Assembly: GCA_049968235.1 (NCBI GenBank)
Contig: JBMFRC010000004.1
Location: 160,001-224,000, forward strand
DNA from: Candidatus Hydrogenedens sp.
GTDB taxonomy: Bacteria > Hydrogenedentota > Hydrogenedentia > Hydrogenedentales > Hydrogenedentaceae
Length of the DNA: 64,000 nucleotides
Direction: 5' to 3'
The translations under genes and the position numbers were made by a program. The stretch's first letter is position 1, and the number at the start of each line of letters is the position of its first letter. Positions 40,298 through 50,773 of this stretch are shown piece by piece. A model generated the notes under the pieces. That model saw only the letters and a program-made list of their open reading frames with translations, was not told where the DNA came from and made no database searches.

Positions 40298-41767
40298 ATG
40301 AGAACAAATATGTTCTTTTATTACTTCATAACAGGATTTCTATTCTCAATAATCTTTCAACAAATAGGAATAACCGAAGAAATATATAATATAGGAAACC
40401 GACGAGAAATTTTTATTGATAATAAATTAATTGATAAATTAGAGAATATATCATTTAAGTTATGTGAGCCTATTCCTGCTGAGAAGGTTTTATATTTTGA
40501 TAAACCGTGGGAGGGTAAACACAGTGGATATGTGACCTTAATCCATGACCAAGACATTTATCGCCTCTATTACAGAGGACTTCCTGTTTCAAAAGCCGAT
40601 GGCTCAAATGCAGAAGTTACCTGTTATGCAGAAAGCACAGATGGTATTCATTTCATTAAACCATCTTTGGGACTCTTTGAAATAGCAGGTTCAAAAGACA
40701 ATAATGTAATTCTTGCTAATGATCCACCTTTTTCACATAATTTTGCTCCTTTTATAGACGAAAAGCCCAACATTCCCAAGGAAGAACGATATAAAGCAGT
40801 GGCAGGGACTTTTGATAGTGGTTTATATACCTTCGTTTCCCCAGATGGAATCCGATGGCGGAAATTATCAGAGAAACCTATACTTAAAGGGGCATCATGG
40901 AAAGATTTTGCCTTTGATTCTCAAAATGTAGCTTTTTGGTCTATTTTAGAACAAAAGTATATTTTGTATTTTCGCACCTGGAATGGTCCCAATCAAGAAT
41001 ATCGTTGGGTAAGTCGAACAACCAGTTCAGATTTTTTAAATTGGGAAAAACCTGTAGTAATGGATAAAGGAAATGCACCATGGGAACATATATATACCAA
41101 TCAGACAATCCCTTATTTTAATGCTCCACACCTATATGTTTCAATATCAGCCCGATTTGTCCCTGGATGTAAAGTATTATTACAAGAAGAAATAAAATCC
41201 ATAGGGGTTGATATAGATTACAGTCATGATTGTTCCGATGTAATATTCATGAGTAGTCGAGGGGATAATATATATAGCCGATTTTTTTTAAATGCTTTCT
41301 TAAAACCTGAATATCCTTTAGAAAACTGGGTATCCAGAACCAATTATCCTGTGCGAGGCATTGTTCCTGCAGGTGATTATCAAATGGCTTTTTATATTCA
41401 AAAAAATTATGCACAGGACACTGCATATATTCAGCGATATTTACTTCGTCTGGATGGTTTTTCCTGTCTTTCCGCAGGATATGCAGAAGGTATTATTACC
41501 ACTGTGCCGTTAATTTTCAAAGGGGATAATCTGTTTCTTAACTTTGTTACCTCTGCTATAGGTTATATAAATGTAGAAGTTCAGGATATAAATGGAAATT
41601 CCATATCGGGATATGAGTTTAGTAATTCCATACCGTTGAAAGGAAATCGGATTAATTTCAAAGTATCATGGAATGATACTAATAATTTATCTTCATTGCA
41701 GGGAGCACCTATTCGATTATCTTTTAAGATGAAAGATGCAGATTTATATGCAATCCAATTTAAGTAA
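40298..41767 (+). CDS. secreted hypothetical protein (possible beta-propeller glycan-active enzyme)
   Basis: 489 aa. N-terminal hydrophobic signal/anchor. No motif I can assign with confidence. Occupies the operon between the rSAM and an esterase. Confidence 0.35.
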   Translation: MRTNMFFYYFITGFLFSIIFQQIGITEEIYNIGNRREIFIDNKLIDKLENISFKLCEPIPAEKVLYFDKPWEGKHSGYVTLIHDQDIYRLYYRGLPVSKADGSNAEVTCYAESTDGIHFIKPSLGLFEIAGSKDNNVILANDPPFSHNFAPFIDEKPNIPKEERYKAVAGTFDSGLYTFVSPDGIRWRKLSEKPILKGASWKDFAFDSQNVAFWSILEQKYILYFRTWNGPNQEYRWVSRTTSSDFLNWEKPVVMDKGNAPWEHIYTNQTIPYFNAPHLYVSISARFVPGCKVLLQEEIKSIGVDIDYSHDCSDVIFMSSRGDNIYSRFFLNAFLKPEYPLENWVSRTNYPVRGIVPAGDYQMAFYIQKNYAQDTAYIQRYLLRLDGFSCLSAGYAEGIITTVPLIFKGDNLFLNFVTSAIGYINVEVQDINGNSISGYEFSNSIPLKGNRINFKVSWNDTNNLSSLQGAPIRLSFKMKDADLYAIQFK

Positions 41768-41783
41768 TTAAGGAGGTATAACT

Positions 41784-42857
41784 ATGCTTTATAAAGCATT
41801 AACATTACTTCTTGTTTTTTTCTTAAACCAACAAAACATTTTAGAAAAACCTCCTTTTTATAAGGATAAGAATAATTTGCTTTATTACATTGGAAATGGA
41901 GGAGAAATTCATGAGATAACGAGTTTAAAAGAATGGGATATAAGGAAAAATCATATACTTCAAAATATGCTTCTTGTAATGGGTCCATTGCCAGACCGTT
42001 CCCATTTACCTCCTCTGGATGTGAAAGTTGAATCTACAGAGGATATGGGGTCATATTGGCGAAAGAAAATTACATTTAATGCTGAAAAAAATGATAGATT
42101 ACCTGCTTATTTGTTGGTACCTAAAAATGTTAATGGTAAAAGACCTGCTATTGTATGTTTACATCAAACTATAGATATTGGGAAAGCCGGTCCTGTGGGT
42201 ATCGGTGATTCTAAGAATCGACATCTGGCAAAAGAACTTGCTGAAAGAGGATATATTGTTATTGTCCCGGATTATCCGGGCTTTGGCGATTATAAGATTG
42301 ATGTATATTCAATGGGATATGCAAGTGCCACTGCGAAAGGTATTGGGAATCACCGTCGTTGCATTGACCTGCTACAAACAATGATTGAAGTGGATAAAGA
42401 TAAAATTGGCGCTATTGGACATTCTTTAGGTGGACACAACACTCTTTTTTTAGGGGCATTTGATAAACGGATTAAAGTAATGGTTACCAGTTGCGGTTTT
42501 ACCAGTATGAGAAAATATTATAATGGTGACTTAACAGGGTGGTCTCATAAAGGTTATATGCCAAGAATAAAAGAACAATATCAATGCAATCCGGACTTAC
42601 TCCCTTTTGATTTTACGGAAGTTCTCGGGATATTAGCTCCCCGCCCCGTATTTATTAACGCCCCCATACATGACAATAATTTTGAAGTAACAGGTGTAGA
42701 TGATTGCGTTAATTCTGCGCAAAGGATTTATACCCTTTATAAGGCAGAAGAAAACTTAAAAGGAATTCATCCGGATTGTGGACATGATTTCCCCCCTGAA
42801 ATCCGAGAAGAAGCCTATCGTTTTTTAGATAAACATTTAGGCTGGAACCCTAAATAG
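41784..42857 (+). CDS. alpha/beta-hydrolase (dienelactone hydrolase / acetyl-esterase-like) with signal peptide
   Basis: 357 aa. Nucleophile elbow GHSLGGHN. Catalytic His near the C-terminus (HPDCGHDFP). Confidence 0.7.
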   Translation: MLYKALTLLLVFFLNQQNILEKPPFYKDKNNLLYYIGNGGEIHEITSLKEWDIRKNHILQNMLLVMGPLPDRSHLPPLDVKVESTEDMGSYWRKKITFNAEKNDRLPAYLLVPKNVNGKRPAIVCLHQTIDIGKAGPVGIGDSKNRHLAKELAERGYIVIVPDYPGFGDYKIDVYSMGYASATAKGIGNHRRCIDLLQTMIEVDKDKIGAIGHSLGGHNTLFLGAFDKRIKVMVTSCGFTSMRKYYNGDLTGWSHKGYMPRIKEQYQCNPDLLPFDFTEVLGILAPRPVFINAPIHDNNFEVTGVDDCVNSAQRIYTLYKAEENLKGIHPDCGHDFPPEIREEAYRFLDKHLGWNPK

Positions 42858-42858
42858 A

Positions 42859-45072
42859 TTATCTGCCTTCACTTCCTAATTTTGCTGTTAAATATTCCTC
42901 AAAAAAAGACTCAATAAAAATTCCTTTATCTTTCAATTCATAATATTCCCGCAATGCTTTTTTATAATTCTTTTCTATGAAAATGGAATCAAGAAGATTT
43001 TTCCATGACCGGTATTGCCCATTTTCACATTGTATAGCGGAATAGAACCAATTTTTTGCTTCTTCCTCATTACCTTGAGATAGTGAAATAACACCTAAGG
43101 CAATTCGTGGAAGAGCAATATCAGGATTTATATGGATAATAAAGCGAAGTTTTTCTTGTGTGGTTTTCATATCGCCGTTTATCGATGTCATTATAGCATC
43201 AAAACATAGGTATGCCAATTTCAAATCTTTATCTAACAGAATCGCTTTTTGAAGGAAATATTCTTTATATCCCGGATTTATGTTTCTCTGACTTATCTGA
43301 TAATATCTCAGGGATTTTGTAAGTGTGGTGATATTTCCCCCACTTTTGAGAGTATTATATAAATTCTGAAATTGCAATTTTTGTAATGGGTCATTATTAA
43401 TCAATTTCTCAATTAGATACATTGCACACTCTTTGTGATTGGTTTCGACATTGGCAAGGGCAAAATCAGATATTGTAAATTTAAGGGAATCATTTTCAAA
43501 TTCTTTGCCTGCCTGATGAGAATATCCACCTCCTTGTTGGAATAGTACTTTATATAATCGGATAGGTTCTATACCGTATAAATCATAAGTTTCATATTGA
43601 ATTTGGTTGTTACTTAACAAACATTCCAATTCAGGGGAACCAAAATCGCCGAAATAAAAGGAGATATAAACAAACCATATTTTATCCGACAAACAACTTG
43701 ATTTTCTTTGAAATAGTTCATGAATAATTGGAATGAACGTGCTTATATCTTCAACAAAGGACACCGGTATTTTTTCATTTTTAAGATTAAATGTAAAGAC
43801 ATCTTTATTGATTGCTTGATACACAAATACAGGGGAGTTCTCTTTATCTGAATTTTGTTTTTCTATAAAATGAACTGTATCTTGCCAATTTGTTCTTTGG
43901 GGTCCCGGAAGAGTAATGATTAATTGATAACACAATATTAATATCAAGAAGATTAATAGTAAATAACCAATAATTTTGTGCTTATTTATTTTTATTAAAC
44001 TACCATAAAGCAAATATATTGCAAGGCTACAATATAAGGTATATCTTGGGAATATACATGGTCTCCATATAATAGACAGGACATATAATAATAACGGGGG
44101 GATTAAGATTATTAACAATAAAAGAACTATTCCATACCTTAATTTTAATTCACTTTCATTATCAACATGCCTAAAAACAAACCTAAAACTTAAAATCATC
44201 ACTATTGTAGTTATAACCAATAGAGAAGCATCAAATATAGAATGTATATTTATAAAATATTTGGGGATAACTTCTTCTATAACTCTTACCTGATATGTCA
44301 TTTTTACTGCGTCATCAGCAAATAAATCTCCAAGAAATTCAAATAGTGTCGGTATTTTAAACCAGGAAGACTGTTCCGATGAATAATAATGTATACTTGA
44401 TATATACACGATTGAGGGAATACTAATTAATATTTGAGATGCAATAAAGTAGTATTTCTTATAATCGCTTGTATAAAAAACATAAAATATCCATACTATT
44501 TCGATTATAAGGATAATTACAGCAAAAGGATGTGTCCATAATAAAAGGATGTTTATTAATGTTAAAGTAATCCAATTTTTTCTATTACGATTCTCAGAAT
44601 ATAAAAGCAAAAAATATATGGACAGAGTAAACAAAAGTGTTAATAAAACATACATTCGTATTCCCTGTCCAAAAAAACGATGAATCGGAGATATAGCGAA
44701 AAAAAATCCCGCCAACAAGCCCATCTTTTCTGAATTGAATCTTCGACCTATAAGGAATAGAACAGGGATAGTCATTACACTTAACAGAATGGATAGTAAA
44801 CGCAGACCTATAACAGAGGGGGAAACATAATGCCAGAAAAGGTATTCGAGTATATAATAAACAGGCATAGTGGCAGGGTCATAAAGAGGATTTAAGAAAA
44901 GGAATTCCTTTAATGATTCAGCATTAATATGCACTAAACTGGAATACTCATCCCACCAGACCGATTCATCTGAAATGTTATATATACGAATAACAAAAGC
45001 CAATAGGACAATAAGTGAACAATAAACTAACACGTGTATTTTATGTTTTTTTTGTCCTTTTATTTTTTCCAC
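42859..45072 (-). CDS. membrane GT-C glycosyltransferase (PMT/ArnT-like, DE-motif) with C-terminal TPR-like domain, subfamily B
   Basis: 737 aa. First-loop WWDEYSS (the DE motif of the PMT/ArnT/GT39-83 superfamily). About 11 TM helices. C-terminal soluble helical-repeat (TPR-like) region. Convergent with the esterase, with zero intergenic spacing. Confidence 0.7.
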   Translation of the reverse strand: MEKIKGQKKHKIHVLVYCSLIVLLAFVIRIYNISDESVWWDEYSSLVHINAESLKEFLFLNPLYDPATMPVYYILEYLFWHYVSPSVIGLRLLSILLSVMTIPVLFLIGRRFNSEKMGLLAGFFFAISPIHRFFGQGIRMYVLLTLLFTLSIYFLLLYSENRNRKNWITLTLINILLLWTHPFAVIILIIEIVWIFYVFYTSDYKKYYFIASQILISIPSIVYISSIHYYSSEQSSWFKIPTLFEFLGDLFADDAVKMTYQVRVIEEVIPKYFINIHSIFDASLLVITTIVMILSFRFVFRHVDNESELKLRYGIVLLLLIILIPPLLLYVLSIIWRPCIFPRYTLYCSLAIYLLYGSLIKINKHKIIGYLLLIFLILILCYQLIITLPGPQRTNWQDTVHFIEKQNSDKENSPVFVYQAINKDVFTFNLKNEKIPVSFVEDISTFIPIIHELFQRKSSCLSDKIWFVYISFYFGDFGSPELECLLSNNQIQYETYDLYGIEPIRLYKVLFQQGGGYSHQAGKEFENDSLKFTISDFALANVETNHKECAMYLIEKLINNDPLQKLQFQNLYNTLKSGGNITTLTKSLRYYQISQRNINPGYKEYFLQKAILLDKDLKLAYLCFDAIMTSINGDMKTTQEKLRFIIHINPDIALPRIALGVISLSQGNEEEAKNWFYSAIQCENGQYRSWKNLLDSIFIEKNYKKALREYYELKDKGIFIESFFEEYLTAKLGSEGR
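44741..45040. repeat. direct repeat copy A (5' end of the GT-C gene 42859-45072); near-identical to 52618-52900
   Basis: A run of roughly 110 bp appears identical in both copies (gacctataacagagggggaaacataatgccagaaaaggtattcgagtatataataaacaggcatagtggcagggtcataaagaggatttaagaaaaggaattcctttaatga). The flanks are roughly 85-90% similar. Copy B carries a short deletion in the 3' flank. Confidence 0.7.
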
Positions 45073-45329
45073 AAGAAAGCCTTAAATCACAAGTTATAAG
45101 ATAGAATTACATACTTACAGTTTAGCAATTGGGTGTTCGTGAATTCCATAGCCCCTTTGTAGCACGATGAATAAATATAAATGTTCAATATCAACAGGAA
45201 ATAAGACATTTATAAAAGTATATAGCAATAAGAAATAAGATAAAGCAGATAATATTAGAAAGCAAGAAGGAGAAATATATACTTGCGATTAAGTATCACC
45301 TAAATGCGAATACTATTCTGCAAAAACGA

Positions 45330-45995
45330 AAGATGATTAAAGAACCGAAAGAACCTATAAAACAATCGTAAAACTGTTGTATCTACGCCCGAGGATGATA
45401 ATGAAAGTAGAAGAATTGAGAAAACTTGATGATAAATCATCACGATCCCATAAACTACGAACCGTGTTCAATCTGAAGAATGACCAGAAAGCAGAGAATG
45501 TTAAAGCATTTTTAGATGAGTTGATGGCAGTCTATCCTTATCCAATACGAATGATACCGACCAATAATGGTAAGGAATCTACTAACTGCTTCTGCCGGGG
45601 TAGAAAACAACCCTCCGGTAAATATATCTTTGGGCACCTCTGTCAGAGACTCGTTATAGGATACTGACTGACTTTCCCTATACACCGGAAATAAATGGTT
45701 AGTAGAAGGTTTTAATGGTATAATAACAGAAATATTAAAACAACATTATTTCACGGATTACAAAAAGTCGATGGATAAATCAAACCAGTATACCTATTGT
45801 TATAATTATGTTCATAAACAACAATTATTAAACAACAAAAGCCCAGCAGAGGCATTAGGTAAATGGTATAATAAAAAATCTTTCCTTTTTCGCCCTCTTT
45901 TATTCTATCAAATTACATCTTTTCAAAACCTAGCAATTAATTACTATGAGAAAGAAAATCAGACGCAAAGTTATCCCTCAAACCTATTAAACTGA
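45330..45995 (+). pseudogene. degraded IS481/IS3-type transposase (rve integrase core) remnant
   Basis: Two short ORF fragments. LDDKSSRS...VKAFLDELMAVYPYPIRMIPTNNGKESTNCF matches the DDE core pattern (IDDHSR...AFL...VLTDNGxEF). ...YTYCYNYVHKQQLLNNKSPAEAL matches the conserved HxYNxxRPHxxL...TP C-terminus. There are multiple frame disruptions and no intact ORF. Confidence 0.55.
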
Positions 45996-48261
45996 GTACT
46001 TGTTGATACCGCATTTCCATTATCTTATTATTAGAGATAACAGGTTCTTTATGCAAAATCTTTCTAAGTTCTTGTTCACTCTTCCATTTATATGGGAAAC
46101 AGCCCAAGGGAAGTATACATTGCGAATCTTCCAATTTATGTTTCGCAAAATGGTTTAAGTAATGAGCTGGACAAAAACCATAGTTCATCAATTTTTCAGA
46201 TTCTTTGGCGAGAGATCTGTAGTCCTTACTCTTCAAAGCGTTCCAAATAGGTCTCATTGTATAGTAGAAAAATATATTTAACCTTTTGCACTTATTAAAT
46301 ACTTTTTCTGCCTCATCAGGATTAGTTTCCAAAAGAGATAATGCATATGGAAAACTTATCCAGGAGATAATATCTATTCCTGGCTTTAATAAATTTTCAA
46401 TCCAGCAAGATTTCCCAATGGATATCCAATCCATAGCCACCTGAATATACGAGCCTCTTTCAGGTGTCTCGTCTGGATTTATATAGTGGGACAAAATAAT
46501 CCCATCTAAAGAATTTACCTCATTTTCAAAGCATAGTTTAAGGTTGGCCATCAATTCCTCAGGAAGTTCCTTTTTTAACCGAAAGTCTGAAGTTTTTCCG
46601 TCAACAATATTCTTAAGGTTATCTTCTACTCGAAACCCGAAATACGCTAAACCTTCAAAAAATGGAAATTCCTTCACAGTAAAATAAATAAGGTGATTCT
46701 CCTCCCACTCTTTCCTTATTGACGGTGCTAATATCCCATATTCTGTCCTCAGAACGACCCACACCGTATATTCCGAAGGAAGATGCTTAATAAGGTATAC
46801 GAGGGCATCAGTGGCTAAATGGAGGGACCCCGCAGAAATTAAGACAGGCTCTTTCTGTTTTAGTCTGGAGCACCAGTGATAGTAAAAAATTGGTGTAATC
46901 TCCTGATGAGCAATAATGAATATATCTTTACCGCTTACATCTTGGGACAAAAGGTCTGTGCATTCATTCCAGGCAGTATATGGCTTCCCTTGTTGATACA
47001 TAAGATATTGAAGAAAAATATATCCCAGCACAACCAAAACCAATAATACCTTCAAAATTCTCTTAGAAGAAGCCCACCTAAAAACCAAATTAATCAGTAG
47101 CCCCCACCGAATAATCAAAGCAGGCAAAAGAAAGCGGAGTGTCATTACAGGAATCTTTGACACCAGGGTAAATCCTACAAAAAACAATGGCATCAAAAAC
47201 GCTAAACATATTAGCGTAAACTCCGGAAGTTCGTCATGTATTGTCTTATCCTTGATACGAGAAAACATCTCCACCAAAAAATAAAATAGTAGAATCAACT
47301 CAAAGACAACATTCCCGCCCTTAAGGGAATAAACCAATATTTTGTCGACAGCACTTGCAATCATATTAGTAAAATCACTATAGCCAAAGATGGAGAAAAT
47401 TAAAATTGCAAACGATGCAAATCGGGGAACTTCATCATCATAAATCCCAAACACATAATTAAAAATAGTAAATAAACAAATTTGAGGTGTATATGCTACA
47501 TTAGAAGGCATAGCAAACAAATCGAGATAAAGCAAAACTAAACAACCCATAAGTAGATTTAACAAACCGAGCATCAGAATTTTTTTCGACCTGTTATTGA
47601 GGAAAAAGTAAATGATAATCCCCGCCTCAAAGAAGAGTAACCACATATAAATATAATAGGTCAGCAGTAATAAGAGATTTACAAAAATTAGGAGTAAACA
47701 TTGAGATGTTCTTATTTCTCCTTCATTCCTTTTGATAAGATTAAAAAATAAATAAAGAGAGCAGATAGAAAGGGAAAAACCCGACGCATGAGGTCTTAAA
47801 AGCATACTGTACCATAAAAAAGTTGGAATAGTAGCGATTGTCATTGCGGATAAAAAACAAACAATTTCATTCCGGAAAAAAATCTTGAATAATCGGTAGC
47901 CAAAAATAACAGTAAATATACTTGCAATTATAGAGAACAATCTAAAAGATTCCGGAGATATACCCAGCAACTTCACAAATATATAAAATATAGTCAAATA
48001 AACAGGGGCAACTTCAGGTCCCTGCGTTCCCACCATTTGGATAAAAGTGTACAAATCCTGAACCTTCAAATATGCTACTCCCCAAAAATACTCATCAAAC
48101 CATATAGAAGGCTTTTGAGATAAGAACAAAATTAATAAGCAGGTGAGAACTACAAGAATACCTATCGGCAAATACCTTTTTTTTACTAATATCAAAGAGT
48201 TATCCATACCTATCTCCAAATTACATAATATCTCGAATTCGTATGAGGTCCATAATCTCAC
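45937..48261 (-). CDS. membrane GT-C glycosyltransferase (PMT/ArnT-like, DE-motif) with C-terminal helical domain, subfamily B
   Basis: 774 aa. First-loop IWFDEYFWG. Many TM helices across about 450 aa. C-terminal soluble domain homologous to that of the adjacent upstream gene (HKLEDSQCILPLGCFPY vs HKLEGSKCVLPIGVFPF). Confidence 0.6.
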   Translation of the reverse strand: MRLWTSYEFEILCNLEIGMDNSLILVKKRYLPIGILVVLTCLLILFLSQKPSIWFDEYFWGVAYLKVQDLYTFIQMVGTQGPEVAPVYLTIFYIFVKLLGISPESFRLFSIIASIFTVIFGYRLFKIFFRNEIVCFLSAMTIATIPTFLWYSMLLRPHASGFSLSICSLYLFFNLIKRNEGEIRTSQCLLLIFVNLLLLLTYYIYMWLLFFEAGIIIYFFLNNRSKKILMLGLLNLLMGCLVLLYLDLFAMPSNVAYTPQICLFTIFNYVFGIYDDEVPRFASFAILIFSIFGYSDFTNMIASAVDKILVYSLKGGNVVFELILLFYFLVEMFSRIKDKTIHDELPEFTLICLAFLMPLFFVGFTLVSKIPVMTLRFLLPALIIRWGLLINLVFRWASSKRILKVLLVLVVLGYIFLQYLMYQQGKPYTAWNECTDLLSQDVSGKDIFIIAHQEITPIFYYHWCSRLKQKEPVLISAGSLHLATDALVYLIKHLPSEYTVWVVLRTEYGILAPSIRKEWEENHLIYFTVKEFPFFEGLAYFGFRVEDNLKNIVDGKTSDFRLKKELPEELMANLKLCFENEVNSLDGIILSHYINPDETPERGSYIQVAMDWISIGKSCWIENLLKPGIDIISWISFPYALSLLETNPDEAEKVFNKCKRLNIFFYYTMRPIWNALKSKDYRSLAKESEKLMNYGFCPAHYLNHFAKHKLEDSQCILPLGCFPYKWKSEQELRKILHKEPVISNNKIMEMRYQQVLSLIGLRDNFASDFLSHSN

Positions 48262-50470
48262 CGTATCGGGTTTCTATTTTTTGATTCACTGTTTTATTAG
48301 GCTCTTTAAGCAAAATATCCCTTAATCTACTCTCACTATTTGTAGTGAATGGGAAAACACCTATGGGGAGAACACATTTTGAACCTTCTAACTTATGTTC
48401 CGCAAGATGATAAAACACATAAGCAAAAAAATAACCGTCATTTAGGAGCCTCTCAGATTCTTTCTTCAATAATGAATACTCATTCTTTTTAAGGTATTCC
48501 CAAATATTGGAAAACACAAAAGCAAAGTAAGGATTTTGCCCTTTTAGTCTCCGAAATATTTCCTCAGCCACATTCTGATTTTCCAACTCTGATAAAGCAT
48601 ACCCAAAAGTTACCCAAGAAGTTAGTTTCTGATATTGCTTTAAAAGAATTCTTGCCCAATCCGACTTTCCTAATCTTATAAGGTCGAGGATTATATGTAT
48701 AACATTAGTCATGCCTATTTCATCCCCAAAATCCCTATAGCGAGCCAATATAATTTTCTCTTCCTCCGTAAACTCATTCTTAAGATTAGCCTGGAGCAGG
48801 GGCACCAATGGACTAGACGAGTATAAGGATTCTTCTACATAAGGCGACTCTTCCTTCACCTTAAGATTTTCCTCGACGGAAAATATATAACACAAAATCC
48901 CTTCCCAAGAAGGGAATCTTGCCAAGGAGTATCTTAAATTGTATTCATCATAAACGGCGGTCATTTTTTGTTCGAAACTTGGGTCCCACTTAGTATTGTA
49001 TATAATGCATATCTTATGTTCAGGGGGAAGTTGCTTAACCAAATAGAGGAGGAAATCCAGAGAAGTATCTAAAGAATCCGAGGTAAAGATAGAAGGAAAC
49101 TTTCTCCTTGTCTTTTCCCGCCAATTGTATTTGAACACAGCACAATCCACATCTGAACCACAAATTATGATGTCATCTTCTCTGAGGTTTTCATTAACAT
49201 ATTGAACGCATCCTTCCCAATCCGTATAAATACTATTTGCTCTAAACAAAAGATATTGATGTAATGCCCATATTAAAATAACAGCAACAACAAACCACTT
49301 TAGTAGAACTTTTTTAGTATTCCAATTATTCAACATAATAAACAACCAACAGAACTTTGCAACATAACAAACTAAAATATATCGAGCCACCAGAACATTA
49401 CCACCAGAAATAAAAGACCAGCCGGCGAAAACAATAGGGCATACAAAGGCAAGTAAGTATATAAATAACAGTTTTTCATCGAATGTCCAAAAGCCTTTTA
49501 TCAATTTCCAAGTTGTAGCTAGGAACGAAGCGAAAAGTACCAACGCAATCAATCCGCCTCCAACATTTAAAACTACTAACGGAGCAACATCACATATCTT
49601 TTGAATCATCGGTGGAGGTACATTCGGAGCAATAATCGGCTGAATATAAACACTCCAAGAAACATAAGAAGGCACTTCAAAATTTCTCACCCCAAAAATT
49701 ATTTCCAACACCTCCAAAAATGAGTAATTTAAGGGAAGTGCCAAAAACTGGTTGCCATAAAAAACATAAACCAAATACATAAAACCTAAAGAAAAAACTA
49801 TCAGGTTGAGGATAGTAGGAAGTAAATACACAAATTTATCTCTAATTACCCTTAGGAAAAGCAAAAAAATCTCAACAGCAATAATCCAAATAAAGAGATA
49901 GTGTGATAAAACCATAAAAATATTAATTACAGGAAGAGAAAAAATAAAAAAAAGTGAATTTTTCCTCTCCGAAGACAAACAGCGAATAAGTAAATATAAT
50001 GAGATAAAAGCAAACATCTGAACTATGGAGTGATACCTCAAAGAAAAGGCATTCCACAAAAATAGGGGAAAGGATACAAATAATAAACTCGCGGCGAGAG
50101 CATATCTTCGTGGTAACAAACTTTTTGCAATAAGGTAGATAAAATTGGCACTCACAATGTTAAAAAGAACTATTACCCATCGAAAAGATTCCACTGAAAC
50201 ACCTAACCTTCCACAAATTAAATAAAGGAAAAAAAAATAAAGAGGAGGGCCCTGGGGGCCATAAGATAAGATATACAGATAAAAAGTAGTGAAACTCGGA
50301 ACATTTAGGTAGTCTAACCCTCCTAAATACTCATCTCCCCAAACAGACGGCTTTTGAGCGATTAATAATATAAATGTTAATGTTATAATCGACAATAATA
50401 AGTGTTCAATACTTCCTATCCGACGGGACAAGTTCCAATATTTACCTATATATATCATGTTAAAATCCAA
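48221..50470 (-). CDS. membrane GT-C glycosyltransferase (PMT/ArnT-like, DE-motif) with C-terminal helical domain, subfamily B, tandem paralog
   Basis: 749 aa. First-loop VWGDEYLGG. Same architecture as the downstream neighbour. The 3' end overlaps the next gene by 41 nt. Confidence 0.6.
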   Translation of the reverse strand: MDFNMIYIGKYWNLSRRIGSIEHLLLSIITLTFILLIAQKPSVWGDEYLGGLDYLNVPSFTTFYLYILSYGPQGPPLYFFFLYLICGRLGVSVESFRWVIVLFNIVSANFIYLIAKSLLPRRYALAASLLFVSFPLFLWNAFSLRYHSIVQMFAFISLYLLIRCLSSERKNSLFFIFSLPVINIFMVLSHYLFIWIIAVEIFLLFLRVIRDKFVYLLPTILNLIVFSLGFMYLVYVFYGNQFLALPLNYSFLEVLEIIFGVRNFEVPSYVSWSVYIQPIIAPNVPPPMIQKICDVAPLVVLNVGGGLIALVLFASFLATTWKLIKGFWTFDEKLLFIYLLAFVCPIVFAGWSFISGGNVLVARYILVCYVAKFCWLFIMLNNWNTKKVLLKWFVVAVILIWALHQYLLFRANSIYTDWEGCVQYVNENLREDDIIICGSDVDCAVFKYNWREKTRRKFPSIFTSDSLDTSLDFLLYLVKQLPPEHKICIIYNTKWDPSFEQKMTAVYDEYNLRYSLARFPSWEGILCYIFSVEENLKVKEESPYVEESLYSSSPLVPLLQANLKNEFTEEEKIILARYRDFGDEIGMTNVIHIILDLIRLGKSDWARILLKQYQKLTSWVTFGYALSELENQNVAEEIFRRLKGQNPYFAFVFSNIWEYLKKNEYSLLKKESERLLNDGYFFAYVFYHLAEHKLEGSKCVLPIGVFPFTTNSESRLRDILLKEPNKTVNQKIETRYGEIMDLIRIRDIM

Positions 50471-50773
50471 TCATCATCATTATCATAGAGTATAAAACCC
50501 CAACTAAATAGGAGTAATATATGAAGAGAAGTTTTAACAAATCAATTCAATAGTACTATACAACAAATCGTAAATATCCATCTATAAAACTACTAATAAC
50601 AACTAAGTTCAAAAAAATTTCAATTAGAGTGGTAAGAACATAAAACAAAAATCTGTCAGTTTGTAATGGTAGTATTTGGAGGATGAAAATTATAATACAC
50701 GTTTTGTAGTATAATAAAGGAATATATTGTGTTATGTTTGTGTTTTATTGAAAAAAAGGGTAAAAGATAGTTT

